This document shows positions 26,822-38,770 of a stretch of DNA of 64,000 nt, one piece after another. Each line of letters starts with the position of its first letter. Within the stretch, counting starts at the first letter, position 1. Both the position numbers and the translations under genes were made by a program. The stretch is from the NCBI GenBank assembly GCA_964016885.1, contig OZ024741.1:74276001-74340000 (forward strand), in the 5' to 3' direction. The notes beneath the pieces are model-generated. The model was not told where the DNA came from. It ran no database searches and was given only the letters and a program-made list of their open reading frames with translations. The stretch is from Eledone cirrhosa (taxonomy: Eukaryota).

Positions 26822-28060
26822 ATTGCATGGGTTGGACGGGTCCTTCTCAGCATGGCATCTGTCCACTCACTGCATTCCTTCCTCATCTCCTCTGCCAGTC
26901 TTAGTTATTTGAGGTCAGCTGTCACAAACTCTGCTCATATCTTTCTTGGTCGACCTCCACTGCAGCTTTCTTCTCCTGGGATTTCCTGGCATTTCTTCAT
27001 CCATCAATCATTGTCCATGTGCATCACATGTCCATACCAATGTAGTCGTCTCTCCTGCATACTACCTAAGATTCCTCTTAAACTCAGCTTCTTCCCCAGC
27101 TTGTGCAAGCTCTTCCTTTCTCTCACACTTACAATGTACAAACAACGAAGCATGGTTGCTTCATTTCTCTCCACCCTCACATGTCCTCTGCAGTCATAGC
27201 CCATGTTTTACTACCATGCAGCATCATGCATGATACAACCTTCCCTTTGTATGTAGGGAGAAACCTTTTGTTGTCGACAGTGGGACTAGTTATCTAAACT
27301 TCTTCCATCATATCCTTATTCTAGCTATTATACTCACGGTGTATCCTCCTCTGCTGCTAATTAGGTCACCTAGATAGCAGAAGCTATCAACCACATCTAT
27401 GGATTCTTCCTATGACTGGAAAAAGTTTATATCATTGGCACTCTTCCTCTCAATTTGTCCTATGCATCTTCTACATGCAATGTTTCCCCTTCCTGTTAGT
27501 TTACTCATTATCCCAATACATCTTTTGGGTACCCAAGATTTACATTATATACATTGTATGGAGTTTATGTATACTCCTTTTCTACATATTGAGTAGAGCC
27601 ACTTCCCAGTGGGAATCTGAGTCCTATCTTCTTTCCTACTCACTTGCACTTTTGTTTTGGCTAAGTTTACGCTCAGACCTTTTGATTCCAAATTTAGTTT
27701 CCATAATCAGAATTTATTTTCTAGTTCATTTTTTATTTCAGCTATAAGGACCAAATCATCTGCAAAGAGACGTTCCCATAGGCAGCCCATTTTAAACTCC
27801 TCTGTTATGGCCTGAAGAACTATGATGAACAGCAGTGGGCTAAGAACTGAACCCTGATGAACTCCTACCCAAACTTTGATTTCCTCACTAAACTCACTTC
27901 CTACTCTCACAAACCATTCTTCTGCACCTAATTTCCTTAAGGACAACCAGATAATAAATTGAGCTACTGTGTCAAAGGCATTTTCTAGATCAACAAAATA
28001 TTGGCTTATTTTTGGTTAGGAACTTCTCTTGTAGTTTGCCTCACTAAGAAGAGGGCATCT
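26822..28060 (-). mobile_element. Degraded RTE LINE
   Basis: GVHQGSVLSPLLFIIVLQAITEEFKMGC...FADDLVLIAE; ERRLHWYGHVM. Confidence 0.85.
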
Positions 28061-28092
28061 GTATTTATACACATATATGTATATATATCATA

Positions 28093-28600
28093 TAAAATAA
28101 AGTTAAATAAAAGTCAAATGATTAAAATTTAGCTTCGTTTATTACTGCTATATATATTTCAGTGACAGCCATCTTTGGCTGTGACCTCTTCAGGCAGTTT
28201 GAATTAGTATGGTATAGACAAGTACATATGTTGTTTAGGTGTATAATATTGTCAATACTCTGATATGCCCAGTTCCTAGTTGGGTTGTTAATTCACAGTT
28301 CCTCAGTGAATTAACAACCCAACTGGGCATATCAGAGTATTGACAATATTATACACCTAAACAACATAATGTACTTGTCTATACCATACTAATTCAAACT
28401 GCCTGAAGAGGTCACAGCCAAAGATAGCTGTCACTGAAATATATATAGCAGTAATAAACGAAGCTAAATTTTAATCATTTGACTTTTATTTAACTTTATT
28501 TTACACTACTCCGGAGTAACCAAACCAACCTGCGCACTTCGTCGAGTGCTCCAGCCTGCATACTGAGGTGTTGGTATACAACCAACATAAACTCAAAATC
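28093..28600. mobile_element. ~200-bp-arm palindrome with hammerheads on both strands plus 3' tail (PLE pLTR-like)
   Basis: Arms 28093-28296 / 28306-28503; hammerheads at 28398-28452(+) and 28144-28198(-); flanked by (TA)n. Confidence 0.85.
28398..28452 (+). ncRNA. Type I hammerhead ribozyme
   Basis: ACTGC-CTGAAGA-[GGTCACAGC...GCTGTCACT stem II]-GAAA-TATATA-TA-GCAGT. Confidence 0.8.
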
Positions 28601-29266
28601 TATATATATCATATATATATATACGTGTGTGTGAGTGTGTGTGTATATAACAGGGTAGGGAGGGTCTCTTCAGACAAATCTGTGGCAAATGAACTCCCTA
28701 GTGTCGAAACACACTCAGTACACTCTGTCAAGTGATTAATGTTGGGAAGGGCTTCTGGTTATAGAAACCATGCCAAAAAGGATTGAGAGAACACTTCAGT
28801 CATGACATGAAAACTTCTTTAGTGTTGATGCCATAACAAATACGCTCAATACATTCTGGAAGTAGGTTGCTGTTGTGAGAACTCTTCAGTCATATCAAGA
28901 GTACAACAAACTCTCTAGTGTTGGTGACATGATAATGCACACCCAGTACACATTATCAAATGGTTGGTGATAATAAGGGCATTCAGTTGTAGAAAACTTT
29001 GTAAACAAAGGCTTGAGATAAAACATCAGTTGTATCAAAGACATGACAACATACATAGTGCTAGTGCCATAAAAATATGCACCAAATACACTCTGTAGGG
29101 TGTAGGAGTGTATGTGAATGAGATGTGATCCTTGGCCAATCTGAGAAATCAAGGGGCTTTGACTAAATACTGACTTGGTCTGTGAAAATCTGTTCCACCC
29201 TTGCTAGCAAGGAATGAAAAATAAATGATGATGATGATGATGCATATATACATGCATCATATATAT

Positions 29267-29792
29267 AATGGACATGTGATGCGTATGAAGAATGACAACT
29301 GCATAAAAAGGTGCAGAGCACTAAAAGTCGATGGAAACCTTGGAGTGGGGAGACCCAAGAAGACCTGGGATGAAGTGATAAAAGCTGATCTTACCCAATT
29401 GCACCTCTCAAAGGCGATGACACAGGATCGAGACCTGGCATTATGCAGTAATACAGAAGACCCGACTTCCCATGGGTATAAGCCGAAGCTGAAGCATATA
29501 GACAGTATGCCCCCGCCTCCTCCTACTGTAAAGTGGTTGTGTAAGTGTCATGACAAAAAAGCACCCAGTCTACACTGTAAAGTGGCTGTGTAGGTGCCAC
29601 GGTAGCACCCTGTCCACACTGTAAATGAGGTTGTTAGGAAGGGCATCCAGCAGTAGAAATCAAGCCCAAATCAGTTCTGTATGAGCAAGACATGGTCACC
29701 TGACCTGGCATTGTCCACAACAGGACAACTCGTCTAACCCATGCTAGTGTGGAAGAATGGATGTAAAACGGTGATGATGATGGTGATGATGA
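29267..29792 (+). mobile_element. RTE LINE 3' end
   Basis: GHVMRMKNDNCIKRCRAL...GRPKKTW, 3'UTR and (GAT)n tail; matches 36990-37492. Confidence 0.9.
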
Positions 29793-31355
29793 TAAAGAAG
29801 CTCCTATTATGTATTAAATTGAACTTCAACAATTTTTTTTCCTACTTAGTGTAATCCATATCTTTAATATTGCCATATTTTTAATGAATGTTTATAATTT
29901 TCAAAGAATTTTCAGCAATATAGAAATGTGTTTACCATTCTCAATGTTAAGCTGGTGTTTGGAGCATAATTAAAAAAAGATGCTTACATAGAATTCTGAT
30001 GAAAGAATTTTAGATAAATATAAACATTTTAACCCTTTCATTACCATATTTCTTATAAAAGAACACTGTCTATGATTGTCAAATAATTTGGAAAATAATA
30101 AAGAATTTGAAGGATTTATTAATATAACCAACTTTCTCATTATTATGCAAGGATTGGCAAATTCATTAGAACATCAGATGAAATGCTTTGCAGCATTTAC
30201 TCCAATTTTGAACATTCTGCATTCAAATCCTGCAGTGGTCAACTTTGCCTGTCATTCTTCCGAGGATGATAAAATAAAGTACCAGTCATGCACTGGAGTC
30301 AGTAAAAACGACTCTCTTTTCACCCCCAAAATGTCTGGTCTTGTGCCAGAAATCATTATTATGCTGGTGTTTTGAACAGAATTAAATAAAGGTTCTTAAA
30401 TAAAATTATGATTTAAGGTTTTTAGGTAAATATGAACACTTTTAATGAAATAGGGGCAGTTTCAAGCAGTTTGCAAAAGTATTGATGCAGAGAACAGCTG
30501 ACAACTAATAACTGCATCAGCTATTCTTTCTTCAAGTGTGATGCTCCCATTCTAATTTGGCAAAGAAGAGTGATAGTCTCGGGGCTCTCAATGACATCTT
30601 TTGATCTTCCACATGGCAGGTAACAATACCCAAGTTTGGGGCTGAAATGATGAGTTTGACACTGGAGAAAGTGCTGCAACATGTAGTGTCACAGGTGAAA
30701 GACCTACCCTATTCAAACGAAAAAAGGAACATTTGAAAAATTATAGGCAGTGTCTTTCAATGGAAATATGGTAACGAAAGGACTAGCATAGTTTTACTGT
30801 TCTATAACATCATGTTATAAAATTCAAGCATCTTTGGAGCTATACATATCAGGTTTTCAGAAATACCTTTTTATTTTGTGTTATTTTTTACTCTTTAGTC
30901 AGAGATGGAATTGCAGAGCCCAGGACATTTCAGGGTCTTCAAGACTGTTTAGCTAGGTGAGAAGGAAGTTATTCTCAAACTAGAGATGTGGATCAAATAT
31001 TTGCAATAGGTTCCCTAAAGGCATCTAAGTGGTGACCAGGTGATGGTATTAAACCTGGTGATGAATTAAGTTATTGTAACTCTTAACAAACAATGCTGTT
31101 TATTTTTTTTTCACATTGAATATGAAATATAAGACAAATAAAAATAGAAAACAAACCTTATGAATTATTGAAGTACTGGGAGTGTTTGAAATTTGAAAAT
31201 GTCTAAGTTCCCAAAACAGAAAATTACTGTAATAAAAGGTGATCCTATTATTTTGAGTGATAAACTGTTATTACAGTTATTTTCTGTGTTTGGGAGTTTC
31301 ACATTTTCAATTAAAAAAATGGAAAAGGTTTTATGTAGTAATGTATAATACTTAC

Positions 31356-31530
31356 ACCTCCCCAATTCAGAGTTCTTGCAAGGTCATTCCCAGTACCTAG
31401 TGGCAGAATGGCAACAGGGGGCGAAGGCTGGATGGCCAATTCATCGAGAATAGATAAGATCCAACCAACTGTACCATCACCACCACACGCAAGCACCCGA
31501 AGATTAGGCACTTTTTTGTATAATTCAAGG
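31356..31530 (-). CDS. DGKZ: DGK exon: catalytic domain (GGDG and PLGTGND motifs)
   Basis: Acceptor ttctttttag, donor gtaagt; 175 nt (phase 2 to 0). Encodes [58 protein letters not shown]. Confidence 0.96.
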
Positions 31531-31566
31531 CTAAAAAGAAACAGATAGGCAGATGTAATTGTAATT

Positions 31567-31569
<3 letters not shown>

Positions 31570-31605
<36 letters not shown>

Positions 31606-31652
31606 GAGAGAGAGGGAGGGAGAGAGGGAGGGAGAGAGGGAGGGAGAGAGAG
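31570..31652. repeat. (GA)n/(GGGA)n microsatellite
   Basis: Purine run about 40 nt upstream (gene sense) of the exon acceptor. Confidence 0.95.
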
Positions 31653-32771
31653 AAATACACAGATGAATAGTGATACATAGACAGAAAAATAAATAAGCAG
31701 ACACATAGAAGGAGAAGATAGACAGAGAGACAGATGGACAAATAAATAGATAGATAGATTGATATAGATAGATTTAGCTTGTAAATTACATTAAGAGTAA
31801 ATGTGACTATGAGATTCTCAACTTCTTATACATTAATTCATGAGCTAGTTAAACAATTGAATGCTCATCATTGGAATCAACTGCAGTTCCATCATTTCCT
31901 TTAACAATGTTCTAAACAATGTAGGCTAATAGAACTACTACTACTACTACTAATAATAATAATAATGATGATTATTTCTACTATAGGCACAAGGCCAGCA
32001 ATTTTGGGGGAGGGGAAAGTAGATTAAATCGATTACTGGTGCTCTATTTTCCATAAGGATGAAAGGCAAATGATTTGAACTCAGAGAAAGGATAACAATA
32101 CTACTCATCCTGCACTATGGACTGTGGTGATAGGAAGCATACTACATTGGCTGAAAAATCAATACCATATAAAACAAATAATAACAATAATAACAAAATC
32201 CTAAGAAATCTGTAACATCTTGCTACAATCTGGTATTCATTCTTATAATCAAAAGACTTAAGGATGATTAAATTAATTGCTTTATATTTCCCCCATTACG
32301 AAACAAGCTGAGTAATTTATCAGTTTGTCCAGGAACAATTAACAATACTACTACTACTACCATTACCAATAATAACAATAATAATAATGACAATAATAAT
32401 AAAAATATTAAGAATAATCTAATGAAAGAATAGAATTGAATTTATTGACCAATTGAGAAGTGTGAAAATAATTTAGGTCTCTTTTATGGGTAATTATTTA
32501 GTTTGTATGAAAAGTGTAATGATTTTTGAACTTGTTCGTTGATAAATGTTTTCAGTAGAAGACATGAAATTGAAAAGAATTACTATTTTCTTTTCTTTTT
32601 TTACTTGATTTAGTTATTAATCTGTGGCCATGGTGGGGCACAACCTCGAAGGGATTTAGCTGATCAACCCAAATGGTTATATTATTTAACTCTTTTTCTT
32701 GAATTACAAATTTACCAGACACAGACACAAATGTAAACACAAACATGGATACACACATAGAAATATATATA

Positions 32772-33163
32772 CGAGGGCAATCCCAAAAGTAAGGTCTCCT
32801 TCCGATATTGCAACTTTTCCGTTAAAATGCTGTGGATGGTGCTTCGGGAAAGCCCTGGAACCAAAATGCAGAGAGCATCCAGAGTGATCCACCGATCTTT
32901 ACGCATGTTTTCCTAGGAAGGAGACCTTACTTTTGGGATTGCCCTCCATATAATAACTGCACGAAATTCGCACTTGGCGGAAGCGTTCAAAGGGAGCTCC
33001 ATTCTCAACGGCTGCCAAGCCAAGATTGAGCATCCCAGTGAAGCGTGCGCATGCTTGTTGGGAGTGAAGGAAGCACCAATCACAACAGTGTTGCCAATAG
33101 CCGTACGAACAGTTTCTCTGCGTCCCCATCGTTTTGGAGACCTTTCTTTTGGGACTACCCTCG
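32772..33163 (-). mobile_element. Non-autonomous mariner derivative
   Basis: TA-flanked CGAGGG-type TIRs; minus strand retains transposase start MELPLNASAKCEFRAVI and HTH fragment RKDRWITLDAL...SRSTIHSILTEKLQYRK. Confidence 0.85.
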
Positions 33164-33439
33164 TATATAGTAGTGAAAAATCAGAAGGTTTATATCCAAA
33201 GTTGGTAGAGAACTCAGTCCAAAGGACGAGTTTGGTATAGAGTAAATTCCACAACAATTATTAAACCCTATTCAAGGACATGTGTAGGAAATTTATCCAG
33301 AGAAATCGCTGTTTGTTAACACTGTGTTATAGTATAGTGCTTCTTTGTTAATGATGGCCTTGTTAGGAAAGATTTGAGATCCTAGTGCTGATGTTTTTGA
33401 CAAAGTTTTTAAAGACTGTTGGCAAATGGCAGGAGTCCT

Positions 33440-34200
33440 TGTGTATATAAATTTCCCATTCGCCTCACTACTAACATTAGAAAGTAAAATAGAAATAAAA
33501 AAAATAATTTGTTTTGCCCACTCTTCTCACTTGGAATTAGAACTAATTAAGTAAGAAATTCTGAGAAAACTTAAACAAACACTTCCCTATAAGGGCATAA
33601 ATATAGACCCATTTTCAACAGGCACAAAGTGAAACTCGGATATTCCTGAGTTAAACATATGAAAACCCACATCACCACCAACTCCAAGAGCACTGCCTCA
33701 CTCGGATGCTCTTGTAGAAAGCCTGAATCATGCCCTCTACAGCAACAGTGTAACACACCTGTAGTCATCTACACCACCGAAGACATGTCCACTCAGCAGA
33801 ACAAACAGCACGAAGTCAGGACATTAAAGGTAAGAATGCTTCCTTACCCATGAGACAACCTTTAGACATAAATATAGATCTATTTTCAACAGGTACAGGG
33901 TTAAACTCGGATATTCCTGAGTTAAAAATACGAAAGCCCACATTACCAACAACTCCAAGAGTGCTCCTTTACCCGGATGCTCTTGTAGAAAGCCAGAATC
34001 ATGCCCTCTACACTACAGCAACAGTGTAACACACCGATAGTTGTCTACAAGGCCGAAGACACGTCCACTCAGCAGAACCAACATCAAGAAGTCAGGACAT
34101 TAAAGTTAAGAATGGTTCCTTACCCACAAGAGAACCTTTAGACACTCAGAGAAGCATTTGACCACGTAACTAGCAAGCCACAATCAAAGATAATCATGGT
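33440..34200 (+). mobile_element. Penelope-like element relic with internal tandem duplication
   Basis: LNKHFP...IFNRHKVKLGYS...CSCRKPESCPL...C..VVIY, paralleling the PLE at 48266; unit repeated at 33596-33866 and 33867-34142. Confidence 0.75.
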
Positions 34201-35305
34201 ATTACCACAGCTGATGGCAAAGCCAAGACACTAGAATAGTCAAGCACCTTCATGGTATTTCTCTAGTTTAGTTAGTTTAGCTATGAAAGCAATGACCCAA
34301 TTATAACAGCTAGGATGTGAGAAGTAGCATTCCATATAAGGTATCTACCCCTAAACCAATAATCAATCAATTACCATTGCCAAACTATTCACTTACTATG
34401 AACTTTATATTAACATCTACACACAAGAGAATATGCAACCTTTGAGTTAGAATTATATGAGCTATCATATCACATCCATTTATCTATGCTTGCATGGGTT
34501 TATGACCATTAGTTAACTGAAAGTACAAGACTGGTCATTTGTTTCAAGGAGGACTAACCTCCACTGGAGCAACATGAAATGAAATGATGCAACACATCAC
34601 TCGGTTTGGAAATTGAACCCATGCACTAAACATTTTGCTACACATGTTTCTAAAATAAAATTCATTGAGAATTTACAATATTTGAAAATTTTCAATTATG
34701 AATCAATAACCCAATCACATTGCACTTAATGATAAATTTTAATGATTTTTATTTTTTGAAATTAAAAATCAATGAAAAATACAACTGCTGGGAAATGACT
34801 GATTTTTAACATTCATTTAAAACTACTTAAGTTGACATCATAATCCTTTTATATTCCTTCTCCTTGCTGCGAGAGGTTGGGCAGGTTATCAACTTTATCG
34901 TGGCACCAGCACAACTACTTTACAGAGTATACTGGGTGCATTTTATTATGGCACCAGCACTGGCACTTTACAGAATATATTGGGGTCATTTTATCATGCA
35001 CCAACATGATAAATACTTTAGAAACAATTCTTACCAAATCATAAGTATCTTGAAATGTTATTTTGTATCAAATTAAATTTTAAGAAAGAATTAATAAAAT
35101 ACATAAAACAGTGAATTTTGCAAGTATGTTCACTTAATGCAAGCTACTTCAACATGGGGCTTTTAGTCTATGTTTATAGTCAAACAAGTTTGGTATATAA
35201 GCCCCTAGTGATGGAAAATGTAGACAGTATCACATGTGGGAATCAATCTTATGCATGCTGTGTGAGTTTAATTCGTGCCGGTGATAATGTTTATATTTTC
35301 CATTG

Positions 35306-35640
35306 TGGAGGCACAAGGCTTAGTGGTTAGAGCATTGGCCTTGCAATCGAAAGGTTGTGAGTTCAATTCTCAGACCGGGTGATGTGTTGTTTCCTTGAGC
35401 AAGACACTTTATTTCACATTGCTCCAGTTTACTCAGCTGTAGAAATGAGAAGATAGGGACTGGGGTCCCTATCATTCCACTGCAAAGTGGTCGTGTAGGT
35501 GCCACGGCAAAAACCACCCAGCACTCACTGTAAATGAGGTTGGTATTAGGAAGGGCATCCAGCTGTAGAAATCAAGCCAGAATCAGTTCCCGTCCCACCC
35601 TTGCAAGCAAGGAAAAGCGGACATAAAATGATGATGATAA
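35306..35640 (+). mobile_element. tRNA-derived SINE (family B), full length, RTE-type 3' tail
   Basis: tRNA-like head with A and B boxes; 3' part GGAAGGGCATCCAGCTGTAGAAA...(GAT)n shared with RTE 3'UTRs. Opposite-strand copies at 47889-48247, 51091-51347, 52275-52558. Confidence 0.9.
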
Positions 35641-35855
35641 AGATGAACAGTTTGTGTAATTCATTTGACGTTCGTTTTGTTGAAGTGGTTGTTACACAGT
35701 AGTTAGTCTGTAGACAAATAGAACCGATCTTCTATAAATAATTGTTTCTACTTTTGGCACAAGGCCAGCAATTACCCAGTGCATTACTGGTACTTTATTT
35801 AATCGACCCCGTAAGGATTAAAGGCAAAGTTAACCTCGGCGGGATTTGAACTCAG

Positions 35856-37492
35856 TTGATTAGGGACCGGGTGAAAATAGACGAGATGCAATTTGGGTTT
35901 GTACCAGGAAGAGGCACCACTGATGCCCTCTTCCTTGTGAGGCAGTTACAGGAAAAGTACCTAGCTAAAAGTAAGCCACTCTACTTGGCATTTGTCGACC
36001 TTGAGAAAGCCTTTGACAGAGTTCCACGTGCTGTAATCTGGTTGGCTCTTAGAAAACTAGGAGTAGATGAATGGCTTGTGAAAGCGGTACAAGCCATGTA
36101 TAGTGGAGCAGTCAGCAAAGTTAGGATTAGCAATGAGTATAGCGAGGAATTTAGCGTACAGGTTGGAGTCCACCAGGGCTCTGTTCTTAGCCCCCTCCTG
36201 TTCATCATAGTCCTGCAGGCAATAACGGAGGAGTTTAAGACCGGATGCCCATGGGAACTCCTGTATGCTGATGACCTCGCACTTATAGCTGAATCTATGG
36301 TAGAACTAGAGAATAAATTCCAAACTTGGAAGCAGGGACTAGAAAGAAAGGGTCTCAAAGTCAACATGACAAAGACTAAGGTCCTTGTAAGTAGACGAGA
36401 AAACAGAACCCAGATCCCCTCAGGGAAATGGCCTTGCTCAGTATGTAGGAACTCCATTCTCTGCTCCAAATGCAAACAATGGGTACACAAGAGATGTAGC
36501 GGGATCTCAGGAAGCTTAATTAAGAATGTAGGCTTCACATGCAGCAGCTGTGCTGGGACAGCAAGCAGCAAACAGCCACAGGAAACAAGTACCACCAATC
36601 TCTGGGAGGGCTCTGTAGAAACAATAGACAGCTTCTGCTACCTAGGTGACCAAATTAGCAGCGGAGGTGGGTGTTCAGAAAGTACAATAACTAGGGTAAG
36701 AACGGGATGGAAGAAGTTTAGGGAACTACTACCACTGCTAGCTGCAAAAGGCTTCTCCCTCAGAATGAAAGGCAGACTGTATGATGCGTGTATCCGAACA
36801 GCGATGTTGCATGGTAGTGAGACCTGGGCGCTGAAGGTGGAAGACTTACGTAGATTAGAGAGAAACGAAGCCTGCATGCTCCGATGGATGTGTAACAGTA
36901 ATATACGTGAACGACAAACCATAACTGAATTGAGAGAGAGACTGAGCATAAGACGAATCAAATGCTGTGCAGGAGAAGCGGTTGTGCTGGTATGGACATG
37001 TGATGCGTATGAAGGATGACAGCTGCATTAAAAGGTGCAGAGCACTAGAAGTCGATGGGGATGATGACCTGGGATGAGGTGATAAAAGCCGACCTTACCC
37101 AATTACACCTCTCAAAGGCGATGACACACGACCGTGACTTCTAACATCACGCAGTAATACAGAGTACCCAACCTCCCACGGGTACAAGCTGAAGCATATA
37201 GACAATATGCCCCCACACCCTCCACCGCAAGGTGGTCGTGGAGGTGCCACGCCAAAAAAGCACCCAGCCCACACTGTAAAGTGGACGTGTAGGCGCCACG
37301 AAAAAGTACCCAGCACTCACTGTAAATGAGGTTGGTGTTAGGAAGAGCATCCAGCTGTAGAAATCAAGCCAAATCAGTTCCTGTATGAGCAAGGCATGGT
37401 CAGCCGACCAGACACTGCCCACAACAGGACAACCCGTCTAACCCATGCTAGCGTGGAAGAATGGACGTAAAATGGTGATGATGATGATGATG
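35856..37492 (+). mobile_element. 5'-truncated RTE LINE (RT plus PHD-like Cys cluster), inserted in a SINE
   Basis: ORF 35856-37019: QFGF, DLEKAFD, GVHQGSVLSP, YADD; frameshift near 36960; (GAT)n tail. Host SINE halves at 35737-35855 and 37492-37552. Confidence 0.95.
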
Positions 37493-38120
37493 AATGGCAA
37501 GGGCCGTAACTCTATGCGTCAAAGCATGGCGTCCGACCCTCTACCGATATTGAGTGAGTTAAGTTAATGCCTGGGATTTTCTTCAACAGTTCAATATGTA
37601 TGGATCAACACAAGAAGAACCTTTGTTTAAGGTGTACAATTCACGCCTGGTATCTCACTGTTTTCACTTCATCCATGTTAGAAGCTGATACACACACTTT
37701 GTTCAGCTGTTTACATTGTCTAAAAACCTATGTTGAAACGGCTTACAAAAAGTTAGCATACTTTCAAAATTTGTTCAATGCTTTTTGAATATGATTGATT
37801 CTTTGCTGACATAAAATAGTATTTATTTTACTATTCATAAGAGATAGTAACAACTTCTTATCTATTTATTTCAATAACCTTAATATATATGTACAAATTC
37901 TAATTCTTCATTAGCTTCTAAAATTTTATCTCCAGCTATTTCTTTTGAAATTCCCCCAGCTTTATAATGTGTATTGTTACCATATTTCTAAGGAAAGATA
38001 CACTACCTACGATTTTCAAATCATTTAGAAAATAATCCAGAATTTGGAAGGATTTAGTAATATAACTTTTTCATTATCTAGCTGCTGAACACAGAAGGTT
38101 TTTAGATAAATATAAACAAT

Positions 38121-38770
38121 TTAACCCTTTCATTTCTATATTTCTAATGAAAGACAATGCCTGTGATTTTCAAATCATTTAAAAAATAATCATGAATTTG
38201 GAGGGATTTAGAGATATAATTACCCCCCCCTCATTATTAAGCTGATGTTTGGAACATAACCTAGTAAAGGCTATTACAAAAGATTTTTAGATTAATAATA
38301 TTTTAGATTAGATTAATAATAATATTTTTAGATTAATAATAAAGGGTTGCACTCTGTTAAGAAGGGCAGCCAGCCATAGAAACCATGTCAAAACTGGAAC
38401 ATACTGAGCAAGTAATACTGACTTAGTCTGTAGTGGTCTGTATAACTCATGCTAGCATGAAATAATGATATTTTCTCCAATTTTTAATAGTAACATCCAA
38501 TATTATATAATATCTAAATAGGTTTACCATTTTGATAATAAACTTCCTGACTCCCCCACTCGTTTTTATGATGCTAAGCTGTTTATTTTAAAGTGTTTAT
38601 ATTTACTTTTAAAATTTCCACCATAATTTTATGTAAGATGGTTTGTTAATTTATTTTCATAACATCAACTTAATAATGAGTTATTTTACTAAATCCCTCT
38701 AAATTCTTAACTATTTGCAAAATTATCTAGAAAAGTATCTTTCATTAGAAATATTGCAATGAAAGGGTTA
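38121..38770. mobile_element. piggyBac-like AT-rich MITE (two oppositely oriented ends)
   Basis: TTAA|CCCTTTCATTTCTATATTTCTAATGAAAGA ... TCTTTCATTAGAAATATTGCAATGAAAGGG|TTA. Diverged pieces of the same family near 1880, 2340, 9500-10100, 12200-12600, 15450, 29860-30480, 63440-63880. Confidence 0.55.

Noticed and set aside
35306-35390. tRNA gene
   Set aside because: tRNA-like head of a multicopy SINE, continuing into SINE body and tail.
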